From a virus (Duplodnaviria > Caudoviricetes): a DNA stretch of 39,495 nt. Below, one piece after another: positions 1 through 9,068 of the stretch. Location of the stretch: IMG/VR virus record IMGVR_UViG_3300006182_000062, positions 1-39,495 of that record; one strand, given 5' to 3'. The notes beneath the pieces are model-generated. The model was not told the DNA's origin and did not search any database. It saw only the letters and a program-made list of their open reading frames with translations. The first letter of the stretch is position 1; the number at the start of each line of letters is the position of its first letter. The position numbers and the translations under genes were made by a program.

Positions 1-1143
1 TCAGAGAGCGGAGGGGGCGACCTTCGGGACGCTCAGGTCGTAGATGTCGAGCATGGACTCGTCGCGGTGGCCGCTGGCTTCCTGCTTGTCGGCCCGGGTA
101 CCAGGGGTGTCGGTGATGCCGCGGCGCTTGAGGTCGTGCAGGCCGAAGCGCTGCTCCGCCGTGATGACGCCGGCCGCGATGGCGTTACGCATGAAGCGGT
201 TCCAGGCAGTGTCCAGGCCGGACTTGCCCAGCGGCCCGCCGTGGTCGGCGGTGATGATGAAGCGCTTCTCCGGGAGGACTGGCACCGCTGTGCCCCGGGC
301 TTTCCACACCTGGGCGCGTCGCGCCTTGGCGGCATCCCAGGCGGCGCGCAGCCGCGGCGTCCAGGTGACCACGTTGTCGCGGCTGCCCTTGCGCCGGTTG
401 GTGAGGATGCCCTCGGGCAGCTCGTTGGCGTCAGTGAGGGTGACGACCTCGATGCCGCGCAGCCGGCACAGGTAGGCCAGCTCCATGACGTAGCTCAGGT
501 GCGGCGGTACCGCATCCTTCTGCCCGCGTTTCAGCTGGCCCAGCTCGCGGGCGCGGTCGATCAGGCGTTGCATCACTTCGAGCGACGGCAGGCGGCGCTG
601 CTTGCGCTCTACCGGCGCCTCGATGCCCATGGCGGGGTTGCTGTCCAGATAGCCGCGGTTGCGGCCCCACTGCATCACCAGCCGCAGGTACCGCAGCGCG
701 TGGGCAGCCTTCGACGGCGTGCCCTGGTCGGCGATCCGATCAATGAGCCGCTGGATCAGAGCCGGGGTGAACTTGCGCACGGCCAGCTCGCCGAGGGGCT
801 TGCCGAGCTTGGTGGGAATGTTGACCAGGGCGTCGCGCGACCAGCTGTAGCTCTCCTGGGTCTTCGGAGCCAGCCGCTTGAACTTGGCGCTGTCGTGGTA
901 CTCGCGGCACAGGAAGTTGAGGCTCTCCCGGTCCACGCCGTTGCGCACCTCCATGATTCGGTGCAGCTCGCCAAGCGTGGCTGAGCTGTTGGCGATGTTC
1001 TGCCGGCGCTGCCGGCCGGCTTCGTCACGGTGCAGGGTGTACCAGCTGCCTTTGCCGCGATGATCAAAGAAAACGGCCGCTGGGATAGCGGCCTGGTCAA
1101 TGTGCGGTGGGATGTGGGGGTTGTGCTTCCTTGCTCGCCTCAT
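1..1143 (-). CDS. int: Prophage tyrosine integrase (phiCTX-like), 380 aa
   Basis: Start chosen at MRRARKHNPH (ATG 1143, ATGA overlap with the upstream gene). Catalytic-type motifs CRLRGIE, RRKGS, HDLKR, SGH and IYD. Confidence 0.92.
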   Translation of the reverse strand: MRRARKHNPHIPPHIDQAAIPAAVFFDHRGKGSWYTLHRDEAGRQRRQNIANSSATLGELHRIMEVRNGVDRESLNFLCREYHDSAKFKRLAPKTQESYSWSRDALVNIPTKLGKPLGELAVRKFTPALIQRLIDRIADQGTPSKAAHALRYLRLVMQWGRNRGYLDSNPAMGIEAPVERKQRRLPSLEVMQRLIDRARELGQLKRGQKDAVPPHLSYVMELAYLCRLRGIEVVTLTDANELPEGILTNRRKGSRDNVVTWTPRLRAAWDAAKARRAQVWKARGTAVPVLPEKRFIITADHGGPLGKSGLDTAWNRFMRNAIAAGVITAEQRFGLHDLKRRGITDTPGTRADKQEASGHRDESMLDIYDLSVPKVAPSAL

Positions 1144-1349
1144 AGGATATCGACGCCGTACTGCTCCTGGTTCCTGGCTTTCAGCCCGCCGGCCTGGTTG
1201 ATCAGATCCACCGTGGTCCACGGTCCGGTGCGGCCTCGGAACAGACGGATGCCCTGCTCGTGCAGGGCCCGCTCCACGTCGGCCCGGCGGGCGTAGCCGG
1301 TGATGCGCTTGAGGTCGTCGAAGGTCAACACACTGGAGGCTTCGCTCAT
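1140..1349 (-). CDS. Small DNA-binding / excisionase-like protein (DUF4224-like)
   Basis: 69 aa, LTFDDLKRITGY...GIRLF..GPWTT pattern, coupled directly upstream of int. Confidence 0.7.
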   Translation of the reverse strand: MSEASSVLTFDDLKRITGYARRADVERALHEQGIRLFRGRTGPWTTVDLINQAGGLKARNQEQYGVDIL

Positions 1350-1427
1350 GGGCGGGCCTCCAGTTTACTGCTGCTGGCCGGTGGCCATCGCCGAGAATTG
1401 CGACTCCGGCCTTCTCGCCTCGGTCCG

Positions 1428-1634
1428 TTAGCCATGTTGCCCTCCCAGCCACTCGCTACGGCAAGCCCACTGCCGGCGCATCTCCTCGATCAGCTTTGCT
1501 GCGCCGGCGGTGCCTCGATGTTTGGCGATCAGCGCGGTGAGGTCGCTGATGCGCTCTGTCGTGGTGTAGCCCTTGCGAAGCCAGGTTCTGGCCTCGCATT
1601 CGAGTAGCTGCCGTGAATCGGTACCGGCCCTCAC
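1428..1634 (-). CDS. Hypothetical phage protein, ~68 aa
   Basis: GTG start overlapping the upstream stop (GTGA); LECEARTWLRKGY...MRRQW. Confidence 0.6.
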   Translation of the reverse strand: MRAGTDSRQLLECEARTWLRKGYTTTERISDLTALIAKHRGTAGAAKLIEEMRRQWACRSEWLGGQHG

Positions 1635-2065
1635 GGCTGCTGCTCTAGCAACTTTCTGGCGGCGTCGACCATGCGTTGCCCGCTCGGCAGCAACATGTGC
1701 GGCATGAATACCTCTTCGAACGACATCAGCTGGCACTCCACAGCGGTGACCTGGGCCTTCACCCAGTCACGCAACATGCTGCATACAGCGATCTGAGCCA
1801 CGTCCATCGCCCGCTGGCGGTACTCCGCCTCGGTGCATCGCATGCGGCTGCTATACGGATGCTCCCGAAGCCAGGCAGTCGCATATCCCCCCCAGTGGCC
1901 CGGTAGCGAAACCGTCCGACCGTTCCAGTCGAACTGAACCAGCGTCACCTGGTCCTTCGCCTTCTGCATGATTCCGTAGTTGTCGCAGCCAAAGCGGCTC
2001 AGAATTTTCTGAATCTCGGCGAAGGCCTTGTCTCCGGAGGTGGAGTTCTCATACGGCAGGGACAT
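1631..2065 (-). CDS. Hypothetical phage protein, 144 aa
   Basis: GAGGA RBS upstream, co-directional and overlapping with neighbours. Confidence 0.75.
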   Translation of the reverse strand: MSLPYENSTSGDKAFAEIQKILSRFGCDNYGIMQKAKDQVTLVQFDWNGRTVSLPGHWGGYATAWLREHPYSSRMRCTEAEYRQRAMDVAQIAVCSMLRDWVKAQVTAVECQLMSFEEVFMPHMLLPSGQRMVDAARKLLEQQP

Positions 2066-2294
2066 TGCTTTCCTCCTTCTTTACCGGGTTTCCGGGATGA
2101 ACAAACAGCTCCACCCCGTTGCGCAGCAGATCCCGCTGGGTCTCGCGCAGCAGCGCCGGATCGAGGCCCAACTTGCGGGCCATGCCTTCTGCAGCCCAGC
2201 GGGCGCCCATGGTGTTGCTGGCGGTGCGCTTGTCGCCGCGCACGGTGGCCACGTAGGTGCCGGTGGTGAAACGGGTGCGGATTTCAACGGGCAT
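2049..2294 (-). CDS. Hypothetical phage protein, 81 aa
   Basis: GGAGG RBS, overlaps neighbours in the early operon. Confidence 0.7.
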   Translation of the reverse strand: MPVEIRTRFTTGTYVATVRGDKRTASNTMGARWAAEGMARKLGLDPALLRETQRDLLRNGVELFVHPGNPVKKEESNVPAV

Positions 2295-2487
2295 AGCGGC
2301 GGCCTCCCTGGGCTTTCTTGGCGGTGAGGTTGCCCATGTAGCTGGCCCACTCGTCCTGCTTGCGCTGCTGGCGGATGCGGCTGCAGGCAGCGTGCTTGCG
2401 GGTGGAGCGGGCCTTGTTGCAGATGTCGCAGATGCTGGGCAGGTCCAGTCGGTGGCTGGCCATGGTTGGGCGGGTGCGGTTGGTCAT
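2284..2487 (-). CDS. Small Zn-binding-like phage protein, 67 aa
   Basis: MTNRTRPT start with ATGA overlap; CDIC...H..C motif. Confidence 0.65.
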   Translation of the reverse strand: MTNRTRPTMASHRLDLPSICDICNKARSTRKHAACSRIRQQRKQDEWASYMGNLTAKKAQGGRRYAR

Positions 2488-2657
2488 TGGGCACCACCTT
2501 CGGCCTGGTGGCCGGGGTTGCCGTACTTCGCGGCGCCGCATTCGCAGCGGTACAGCCCGCGCTTGGTGATGCGACCGACACGGCCGTTCAGGTGGCTGGT
2601 CACGACGTTGCGGACGAAGGTCCAGCTGTGGCGTTTGCCGACGGTGCAGGGCTTCAT
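2484..2657 (-). CDS. Small phage protein, 57 aa (below the ORF-track cutoff)
   Basis: Manually translated: MKPCTVGKRHSWTFVRNVVTSHLNGRVGRITKRGLYRCECGAAKYGNPGHQAEGGAQ. ATGA overlaps at both ends. Confidence 0.65.
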   Translation of the reverse strand: MKPCTVGKRHSWTFVRNVVTSHLNGRVGRITKRGLYRCECGAAKYGNPGHQAEGGAQ

Positions 2658-3094
2658 GCGTCACCACCTTGCACGACCGGAGCGGCCTGTTGCAGCAAAG
2701 CCTTCATGTATTCAATCGCTTGAGTGGCGTCGTCATGGGAGTCGCAGAACACTTCGCGGGTCTGGTGCGCCGCACGGTTGACCGCGGCTTGCCAGTCTTC
2801 TGGCTCCTCGTCCGCGTCCCAGCCCTGCGCGCTGCGGCGCTCCATCAGGTCCAAAGCCTTGCGTGCTTTGGCGCTAAGTTCCGGGCCGATGCCACAGTCG
2901 CCGTCTGCCACGTAATTGACGAACTCCAGCAGGGCGTCGCCCGCAGCCAGCTCATGGCCGCGGGCCCAGCTAACGACCTCACCGCCATCGACGGTGTGGG
3001 GGATTTCCTTACCGAGCGCGCCACGGATAACGATCGTGTCGTAGCGCGGCGTGGTAGCCTGCTCAGCGCTGACTTCAGGGGTTTGTGCTTGCAT
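2654..3094 (-). CDS. Hypothetical phage protein, 146 aa
   Basis: Strong RBS leader CCAAGGAGAAGCACC-ATG. Confidence 0.75.
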   Translation of the reverse strand: MQAQTPEVSAEQATTPRYDTIVIRGALGKEIPHTVDGGEVVSWARGHELAAGDALLEFVNYVADGDCGIGPELSAKARKALDLMERRSAQGWDADEEPEDWQAAVNRAAHQTREVFCDSHDDATQAIEYMKALLQQAAPVVQGGDA

Positions 3095-3168
3095 GGTGCT
3101 TCTCCTTGGGTTGGTCTGGCCCTGGTGAGTTGCCGCTCACCGGGGCCTTCTTGTTTTTGGGGGGTGGG

Positions 3169-3561
3169 TTACCGAACGCGGATCTTCTTGCCGTCCTCGA
3201 GGACGTACAGGTTCACGTCTGCCAGGCGGTACTGGCCGCCCACACCGCCCTTGACGCAGTAGTCGCCCCCGCCGTCGTGGACGATGCGCACCTTGAAGGG
3301 GTAGCCGTAGCCGTTGGAGCGACACAGCGCAGCTTGGCCGGCGTACTTGCTGGACTTCTTGATCTCGGCGTAGAGCTGCTGGCCCTCCTTGCGGCCGTGC
3401 TCGCCATGCGCGGCCTCGAATGCCTCCCAGGCGCGCTGGGTCAGGGCATCAGCAAACGCGGTGTCCTGATCGTTGCGATCGACCGACCAGCCCTTCTCCT
3501 TGGCCAGATCCTCGAAGGTGAACAGCAGGTCGAGGTCTCGAAGTTTTTGGCTCACTTGCAT
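3169..3561 (-). CDS. Hypothetical phage protein, 130 aa
   Basis: Start MQVSQKLR after GAGGAACAGCACC. Confidence 0.7.
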   Translation of the reverse strand: MQVSQKLRDLDLLFTFEDLAKEKGWSVDRNDQDTAFADALTQRAWEAFEAAHGEHGRKEGQQLYAEIKKSSKYAGQAALCRSNGYGYPFKVRIVHDGGGDYCVKGGVGGQYRLADVNLYVLEDGKKIRVR

Positions 3562-3572
3562 GGTGCTGTTCC

Positions 3573-3845
3573 TCAGTTCGCCACAACGGCGTGGATGGTC
3601 AGTTCGGCCGGCAGCCGCGGCTGCAGGGCTGTCAGGCGATCGATCTGCTCCTCGCTGCACTCGTCGATGCAGATGACCCTGGCGCCGCGGCCGATGCGGT
3701 GGCGCACGAGCAGCTCCAGGTCGGCAAGGTCGTAGGCGTTGCCGTGGATGATCTGGTACTCGTCCTGCCCGGCCTCGCGGGCTTTCTGCCGCAGGCGGAT
3801 GGTCTTGCCGGTCATCGGGGCGCCGCGTTCTACGTTCAGTTGCAT
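3573..3845 (-). CDS. Small P-loop-like hypothetical protein, 90 aa
   Basis: GAPMTGKT and VICIDE motifs; strong RBS leader. Confidence 0.7.
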   Translation of the reverse strand: MQLNVERGAPMTGKTIRLRQKAREAGQDEYQIIHGNAYDLADLELLVRHRIGRGARVICIDECSEEQIDRLTALQPRLPAELTIHAVVAN

Positions 3846-3895
3846 GGTGCTTCTCCTTGGTAAGGCCCAGGCGTTGCCGCGCCTGGGCGCTGGGG

Positions 3896-4039
3896 TTAGC
3901 GGGCCGCCAGGGCCAGCAGGTTGGGGGCGAGGTAGCCGGCCGCGAGCAGTACCGCCAGGGTCACGCCGCTGCCCAGCAGGGTGAGCAGGGTTTCGCGGCG
4001 GCTGGGGCTGTAGAGGTCGTCGTTGTCGTTCATTGGCAT
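3896..4039 (-). CDS. Small single-pass membrane protein, 47 aa
   Basis: Start MPMNDNDD after the shared RBS leader; hydrophobic TLLTLLGSGVTLAVLLAAGYLA. Confidence 0.65.
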   Translation of the reverse strand: MPMNDNDDLYSPSRRETLLTLLGSGVTLAVLLAAGYLAPNLLALAAR

Positions 4040-4083
4040 GGTGCTTCTCCTTGGGTTGGTACCGGCGTTGCCGCGCCGGCGGG

Positions 4084-6807
4084 TCAAACGAGCTGGAACA
4101 GCCAGCAACGGACGGTCTTGGCGGTGTTCATCCCGTCGGTGGCGATGTTCGAGTTGATGGGCTTGTTGGTCTCGATGAACTTCGGCGACTTGCTGGTCTT
4201 GAGCAGGCGCTTGAGCTCGCTGAGGTTCGGGAGCTGCTGCCGCTTGTTGGCCGCCATCTCGACGAACTCGTTGAGGTTGATGGCGAAGAAGGCCGACTTG
4301 CGGGAGTGGTTCAGCCGGCCGCCGGGTTCGTTCAGAGGGCCATTGAGGAACTCGACCATGTCCCAGAATTCGCGCACGAGCGGGTGGTCAGCATTGATGG
4401 CCTGCTGCCGCTCCTGTGCCATGCGCTCCACCTCGGCGTGCACCTGGGCCGCGCGCTCGTCGCTGAGCGGCACGACCAGCTGCAGGGCGTCGACCAGGCT
4501 GCGCAGCTGGGCGTGGTTCTTGGCGATCCGCACGGTGCGGATGCCCGGCAGCGCCAGGAGCTGCTGCTCGTAGCCGGACGTGCGCTCGTCCAGGAGCTTG
4601 ATGACCTGCGCCTCGGGCTTGAGCGCCTTGACCATGAAGCCGCTGAGCTGCTCGACCGGCATGCGCTCCAGGCGCTCGGCATGGAGCTTGGTTTCCGGGG
4701 TCTGGTGCTCGCGGGTCAGGTGTACATGGCCCAGGCGCTGGAGGATCGGCTCGGAGGCGTTGACGGCGTTGTTCTGCGCGATCAGCAGGGCGCCGCGGAA
4801 CGGCGGTTCGCGGGTGTCGTTGCCGTTGTTCTTCACACCGGTGGAGCGAACGCTGCGGCCGTTGTAGGCGGTCTTGAGTTCGTCCCAGTCGAAGTGCTTC
4901 ACCGGCGCGCCTTCCTTCTGCTCGCGCTCGGACTCGATCAGCACCACCGGCAGGTTGCCCACCTGGGCGAAGTTGCGCGCGCGGCTGGCCGGGGTCGCCT
5001 TGGACGGGTCGAAGCCCTCGTATTCGGTGCGTCCGGTGAGTTTCCAGAGCAGCTCCACCAGGGTGGTCTTGCCCGCGCCGGCCTCGCCGATCAGCTCCAG
5101 GAACAGGTAGGACTTGTGCAGCTGGCGGATCTGCTCGGCGTACAGCGCGCCCAGCCACCAGGCCAGCACCACCACGCCGCGCACGCCAAAGCAGCGCCAG
5201 AACAGGTCGAACCACTCTTCGTCGTAGTCGGCCAGGTCGGCATTGATGTGGAGCACTGGCGACAGGCTCTGCGACTTGATGCTCAGGGAGCCGACGTCGA
5301 AGAAGTCCTCCTCGTTGAGCTTGTGCACCTTGCCGCCGGCGATCGCCAGATCGTTGAACACATAGACGCCGTGCTCGCGGGTGTAGCCGATCCAGTCGAT
5401 GGTGTTGACGGTCTTGAGGCTGTCGAGCTGGTAGCCAAGCATGCGCTCCAGCTGCTGCGGGGTGCCGGTGAACATGGCCCCGTTGCAGACGTTGAGCAGG
5501 CGCTTCTTGAACTCCGGCGCCGAGGCGATCTGCGCCGCGGTGAAGGTGCTCTTGATGGTCGGCGCTTCGGGCCGCTCGACACGGAAGTAGTACCAGGCCT
5601 CGTCGGTGACCTCGTTGCGCATGTAGTACAGCGCGTCGAAGTAGCAGTTGGCGATGCGCACCACGGCGGCGCTCTGGCGCAGGGCCTTGTCCCGGCGCTG
5701 CTTGTCGTTGAGCAGCTGGTCGTCGTGGTGCTCGGAGCCGTCAAGCTCGCGGGCGGTGCGCTCGTACTTCTCCATGTCCAGGTTGAACCAGTACAGGCGC
5801 GAGCGGTACGTGAAGTGGAATTCCTTGCGCTCGTCCCATTCGTACATCAGCAGGCCCTTTTCCTCGGCCGACTCGGCCAGCAGTAGCGCGCCCTCGTGGC
5901 GGGCCTCGGCCATGTCCAGCTCGATGCGCTTGGCGCGCTCTTCGTCGCCGTCGATAAAGGCCCAGCGCTGGTGCAGGTCGTTCCAGTCGACCTTCTTGGC
6001 ACCGCGCTGCGGGATGACAGCCGCCTCGCACTTGAAGCCAAGGGCGCGGGCCTCCTTCGCCCAGCGGCGCATGTTGGCCTTGGCTACCGGCTCGTTATCC
6101 AGCGCCCAGACCAGCCGCGGCAGGCGCTTGTCCGCCTCATGGCAGGCGTTCTTGAGCGCCTTGAGCGATTGCTCGGGCAGCGGCGCGCTGCTCATCATCG
6201 AGACGGCAGCGACGTCGTGGTGCAGCAGGGCAATGGCGTCGAAGATGCCCTCGACGATGTACAGCTCCTCGACCTCGACCAGGTTGAGCGACGGCGGGCA
6301 CCACCAGACGCCCTTGTAGCTTTCGCCCGGCTTGAAGCGGGCCTTCTGCTTGCCGAAGCGCTCCGGCCGGTCGATCAGCCGTTCCCAGTAGCCGCCCTTG
6401 TCCAGGGGGAAGCGCACCGTCGCGCTGCCGGCGTTGATGTCGCGGCTCCAGTAGTTCTCCTGGCTGTACCAGCCGGCGATCAGCTCCAGGCGAAAGCCGC
6501 GGGCGAACTGGAGGTAGGCGCTGGCCGTGGCCATCGGGTCTTGGGCGGTGGCCGGAGCGGTCTTGCTCCAGTCGTTGAACAGATCGTCGTAAAGCTCTTT
6601 GACGTGGACGCGGTGGCCACACTTCTCCGGACGGCCGCAGATCAGCATCCATGGCGAGTCGTGGAAGGTGTAGAGGGTCTTCTTGCCGCAGTTGTGCGCC
6701 GGGCATTTGCCCTTGCGCATGTAGTTGGTGCCGGCCATGTGCTGGAGGCCGAAGTCGCGCTCGATGCGGCGCAGCACCTCGGCCCGTAGGGTTTCTTTCA
6801 TCTGCAT
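4084..6807 (-). CDS. Replication protein: Zn-finger + TOPRIM primase + P-loop helicase, 907 aa
   Basis: N-terminal CPAHNC..C..C; TOPRIM IVEGIFDAIA and ALDNE; Walker A GEAGAGKTT. Confidence 0.9.
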   Translation of the reverse strand: MQMKETLRAEVLRRIERDFGLQHMAGTNYMRKGKCPAHNCGKKTLYTFHDSPWMLICGRPEKCGHRVHVKELYDDLFNDWSKTAPATAQDPMATASAYLQFARGFRLELIAGWYSQENYWSRDINAGSATVRFPLDKGGYWERLIDRPERFGKQKARFKPGESYKGVWWCPPSLNLVEVEELYIVEGIFDAIALLHHDVAAVSMMSSAPLPEQSLKALKNACHEADKRLPRLVWALDNEPVAKANMRRWAKEARALGFKCEAAVIPQRGAKKVDWNDLHQRWAFIDGDEERAKRIELDMAEARHEGALLLAESAEEKGLLMYEWDERKEFHFTYRSRLYWFNLDMEKYERTARELDGSEHHDDQLLNDKQRRDKALRQSAAVVRIANCYFDALYYMRNEVTDEAWYYFRVERPEAPTIKSTFTAAQIASAPEFKKRLLNVCNGAMFTGTPQQLERMLGYQLDSLKTVNTIDWIGYTREHGVYVFNDLAIAGGKVHKLNEEDFFDVGSLSIKSQSLSPVLHINADLADYDEEWFDLFWRCFGVRGVVVLAWWLGALYAEQIRQLHKSYLFLELIGEAGAGKTTLVELLWKLTGRTEYEGFDPSKATPASRARNFAQVGNLPVVLIESEREQKEGAPVKHFDWDELKTAYNGRSVRSTGVKNNGNDTREPPFRGALLIAQNNAVNASEPILQRLGHVHLTREHQTPETKLHAERLERMPVEQLSGFMVKALKPEAQVIKLLDERTSGYEQQLLALPGIRTVRIAKNHAQLRSLVDALQLVVPLSDERAAQVHAEVERMAQERQQAINADHPLVREFWDMVEFLNGPLNEPGGRLNHSRKSAFFAINLNEFVEMAANKRQQLPNLSELKRLLKTSKSPKFIETNKPINSNIATDGMNTAKTVRCWLFQLV

Positions 6808-6820
6808 GGTGTGGCTGGCC

Positions 6821-7054
6821 TTACTGGTTGGCGCCGAGGGCGGCTTTCAGCGCCCCGATGGTGCGTTTGTGGCCGGCGAGGGCCGGATAGTCATCGAGGA
6901 TGCGGCGGCTGCGCAGGAACTCCGGCACGGTGCGGTAGCGATCGTCGTACCAGTGCTCGGTCAGGCCACGGCGCAGCTCGCAGCGCAGGCTGCTGAGCAG
7001 GGCCTCGGCTACGGGTTTGGGCATGTCCAGCTGGATGGCAATGGCTTGTTGCAT
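6821..7054 (-). CDS. Hypothetical phage protein, 77 aa
   Basis: Start MQQAIAIQ after GAGG. Confidence 0.65.
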   Translation of the reverse strand: MQQAIAIQLDMPKPVAEALLSSLRCELRRGLTEHWYDDRYRTVPEFLRSRRILDDYPALAGHKRTIGALKAALGANQ

Positions 7055-7137
7055 GGCGGCAACCTCGAATTTCGGGTGCAACTTCCCCAAACCCGCTGGC
7101 AGGCGGGTCTGGGTAACGGTGATTCAGGGGGTAGTGG

Positions 7138-7491
7138 TCAGTGCGCGGCTGCTGCAGCCGGCAGTGCCACGGGTGGCTGCAAGCGCAGTGGCAGGTAGCG
7201 GGTGGGGATGAAGGCCCGTTCCCCGGTGCGTACCAGCACCAGGCACAGCCGGGTCTCATCACCGAGGCCGCGATCGATACCCACGCGGGACGAGATTTCG
7301 GTCATCGCCAGGTGGACCAGCCGCGGTGCCATGAACGCAGGTACGTCCAGGCCTTGAACCAAATAGCGGCACGCGCGGTCATACAGGCGCTCATCGTCGG
7401 CAAGGTGCTCATCCTGATGGCGCAGGAGGTAGGCCTTGGCGGCGGCCTGCATGCTGCTGCGGTAATCCTTGGCAGAGGGTTCGCGGTTCAT
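7138..7491 (-). CDS. Hypothetical phage protein, 117 aa
   Basis: ATGA overlap with the ogr-like gene; AAGGA RBS. Confidence 0.7.
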   Translation of the reverse strand: MNREPSAKDYRSSMQAAAKAYLLRHQDEHLADDERLYDRACRYLVQGLDVPAFMAPRLVHLAMTEISSRVGIDRGLGDETRLCLVLVRTGERAFIPTRYLPLRLQPPVALPAAAAAH

Positions 7492-7787
7492 GCGTGTGCT
7501 TCCTTGAGTGGCTGATCGAACAGATCGGGTTGATCGGATGCAGGCCGGCTGTCACGCAACGCCTGCATTTTCGCCACGGATGGCGCAATCGGCAGCACCA
7601 CCCTCGGCTTGTCCATGCCCGAGGTATTGATCTGGTAGTCCCAGCTCATCGAGCCCGTGAGCACCAGGCCGCAGGCCAGGTTCATGCACTGGCCGTAGAT
7701 GGTGCGGAATGTCGGTGTTTGCCCCTCGGAGTTGCGAATGCGCATCCGCTCTCCGCATGCGGGGCAAACCAGTTTGTAAACGCTCAA
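7488..7787 (-). CDS. ogr: Ogr/Delta-like zinc-finger late transcriptional activator
   Basis: CPAC...C.NLAC motif; probable TTG start after a purine-rich RBS. Confidence 0.85.
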   Translation of the reverse strand: MSVYKLVCPACGERMRIRNSEGQTPTFRTIYGQCMNLACGLVLTGSMSWDYQINTSGMDKPRVVLPIAPSVAKMQALRDSRPASDQPDLFDQPLKEAHA

Positions 7788-7825
7788 ATCCCTTCCCCCC
7801 CGGCCGTGGCAGCGGCCGTACAGCA

Positions 7826-8329
7826 CTATTTTTTGTCGTTGCAGGTATGCAGAACGATGACTGCCGCTATCTCCGCGTGGCGGGCGGAGACGTAGCGGCG
7901 GTGGGCATCGAGGATGGCGTTGGCTTCGCCTTCGTCGATCGCGCCGTCCTCCAGGGCCTTGGCGATGATCAGGTCCACCCGGCCGCGGCGCTTCGCGGTG
8001 TCGACGGCGCGGTGGTAGAGCTCCATGTTGTCCAGCTCCTCGGCGGCTGGCATCGGGACGAACACACCGCCGTACTGGGCGGCGATGTACTCGGGCAGGT
8101 AGGCCGTGCCGATCTGCTGCTCGAGCAGCAGGATCTGCTCGTCGGTCAGCGGGCGGTGGCCGGCGCTCTCGTAGGCGTGGTTGTCGAACTTCTTGATTTC
8201 CAGGCCCAGGCGGGCCGCGGCGCAGTCACGGCCGCCGGGGTAAGCGGCGATGATGGCGCTGACCACCTTGCGCCGGCTGTCGAGGATCGCGTGCTTCATC
8301 TTCTCGTTTCTCGCCTTGGGGTTTGCCAT
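7826..8329 (-). CDS. Phage regulatory protein (CII/YmfL-like)
   Basis: AYPGGRDCAAARLGL HTH-like N-terminus and ALEDGAIDEGE C-terminal motif; second gene of the lytic early operon. Confidence 0.65.
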   Translation of the reverse strand: MANPKARNEKMKHAILDSRRKVVSAIIAAYPGGRDCAAARLGLEIKKFDNHAYESAGHRPLTDEQILLLEQQIGTAYLPEYIAAQYGGVFVPMPAAEELDNMELYHRAVDTAKRRGRVDLIIAKALEDGAIDEGEANAILDAHRRYVSARHAEIAAVIVLHTCNDKK

Positions 8330-8592
8330 TACTTTGGAATCACTGCGAAGTCAGTCTTGCGGCGCCCGTAACGCGGCGCGTCGCCGGCTACTACGCCTTC
8401 CTTGATGCCGAGCAGAACGGCAGCGCGGTGGGCTTCACCGCGCAGGCACTTCTTCTGCCCGTTGAGCACGGCGTAAACCGTGGACGGGCTGATGTCGTTC
8501 TGTTCGGCCCATTCCTTGGCGGTCAGGCCGAGCTTGCTGAGGCGTTCACGCGCAGCGTTGCGCGCTTGCTCGCTGGGGTATCCGTTCGGCAT
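8329..8592 (-). CDS. Cox/Ner-like HTH DNA-binding protein (BcepMu gp16-like)
   Basis: GLTAKEWA....PSTVYAVLNG...RGEAHRAAVLLGIK; divergent from the repressor. Confidence 0.8.
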   Translation of the reverse strand: MPNGYPSEQARNAARERLSKLGLTAKEWAEQNDISPSTVYAVLNGQKKCLRGEAHRAAVLLGIKEGVVAGDAPRYGRRKTDFAVIPK

Positions 8593-8600
8593 AGTTCAAA

Positions 8601-8658
8601 TTCGTGTGATTTCGTGTGATGTGATGGTGATGATGGTCCCAGATATAGGGATTGTCAA
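8601..8658 (-). promoter_or_regulatory. Lytic early promoter and operator of the genetic switch
   Basis: Minus strand TTGACA (8658-8653), 17 bp, CATCAT (8635-8630). Inverted repeat TCCC-N7-GGGA in the spacer. Tandem TTCGTGTGAT x2 at 8601-8620. Confidence 0.65.
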
Positions 8659-8677
8659 CGCCTGAGGTCCAACTTTT

Positions 8678-9010
8678 ATGACCATAGGCGAACGCCTGAA
8701 AGAGGAACGCAACCGTGTTGGTGCAAACCAAACGGTTTTTGCGGAGCAATGCGGTGTCACCAAGAACACTCAGCTGGCTTACGAGAAGGGCGAGCGCAGC
8801 CCAGATGCCAACTACTTGTCGGCAGCGTCCGCCGCCGGAATCGACGTGCTGTATGTAGTGACCGGTGAACGCAAGCCGCAGCCTGCTGACAGCATCAGCG
8901 CGCGCGAAGCCAAGCTGCTGGGCTTCTTCCGGCAGTTGCCCGAGAACGAACAAGTCAACCTGGTACGCACGGCGTCGGCGCTCGCTCTGACGCTCGACCT
9001 CGGCGTTTGA
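8678..9010 (+). CDS. XRE-family prophage repressor, 110 aa
   Basis: IGERLKEER...[29 protein letters not shown]; no S24 peptidase domain. Confidence 0.88.
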   Translation: MTIGERLKEERNRVGANQTVFAEQCGVTKNTQLAYEKGERSPDANYLSAASAAGIDVLYVVTGERKPQPADSISAREAKLLGFFRQLPENEQVNLVRTASALALTLDLGV

Positions 9011-9068
9011 AACCCCGCCTCGGGAGCGCTCTGGCGCTGCCGAAACCCCATGCTCAAGGAGTGATGCA

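Noticed and set aside
1346..1435. 29-aa minus-strand mini-ORF (MANGPRREGR...) bridging two early genes
   Set aside because: Overlaps at both ends suggest a coupling peptide, but it is too short to support without conservation data.
1144..1452. N-terminal extension of the integrase given in the ORF track (483 aa)
   Set aside because: It overlaps the xis-like gene in another frame; the ATGA-coupled start at 1143 is more plausible.
4033..5886. Long antisense ORFs (617 aa here; also 12443-14086, 21274-22329, 30394-31608)
   Set aside because: Shadow ORFs of high-GC coding genes on the opposite strand, with no recognisable motifs.
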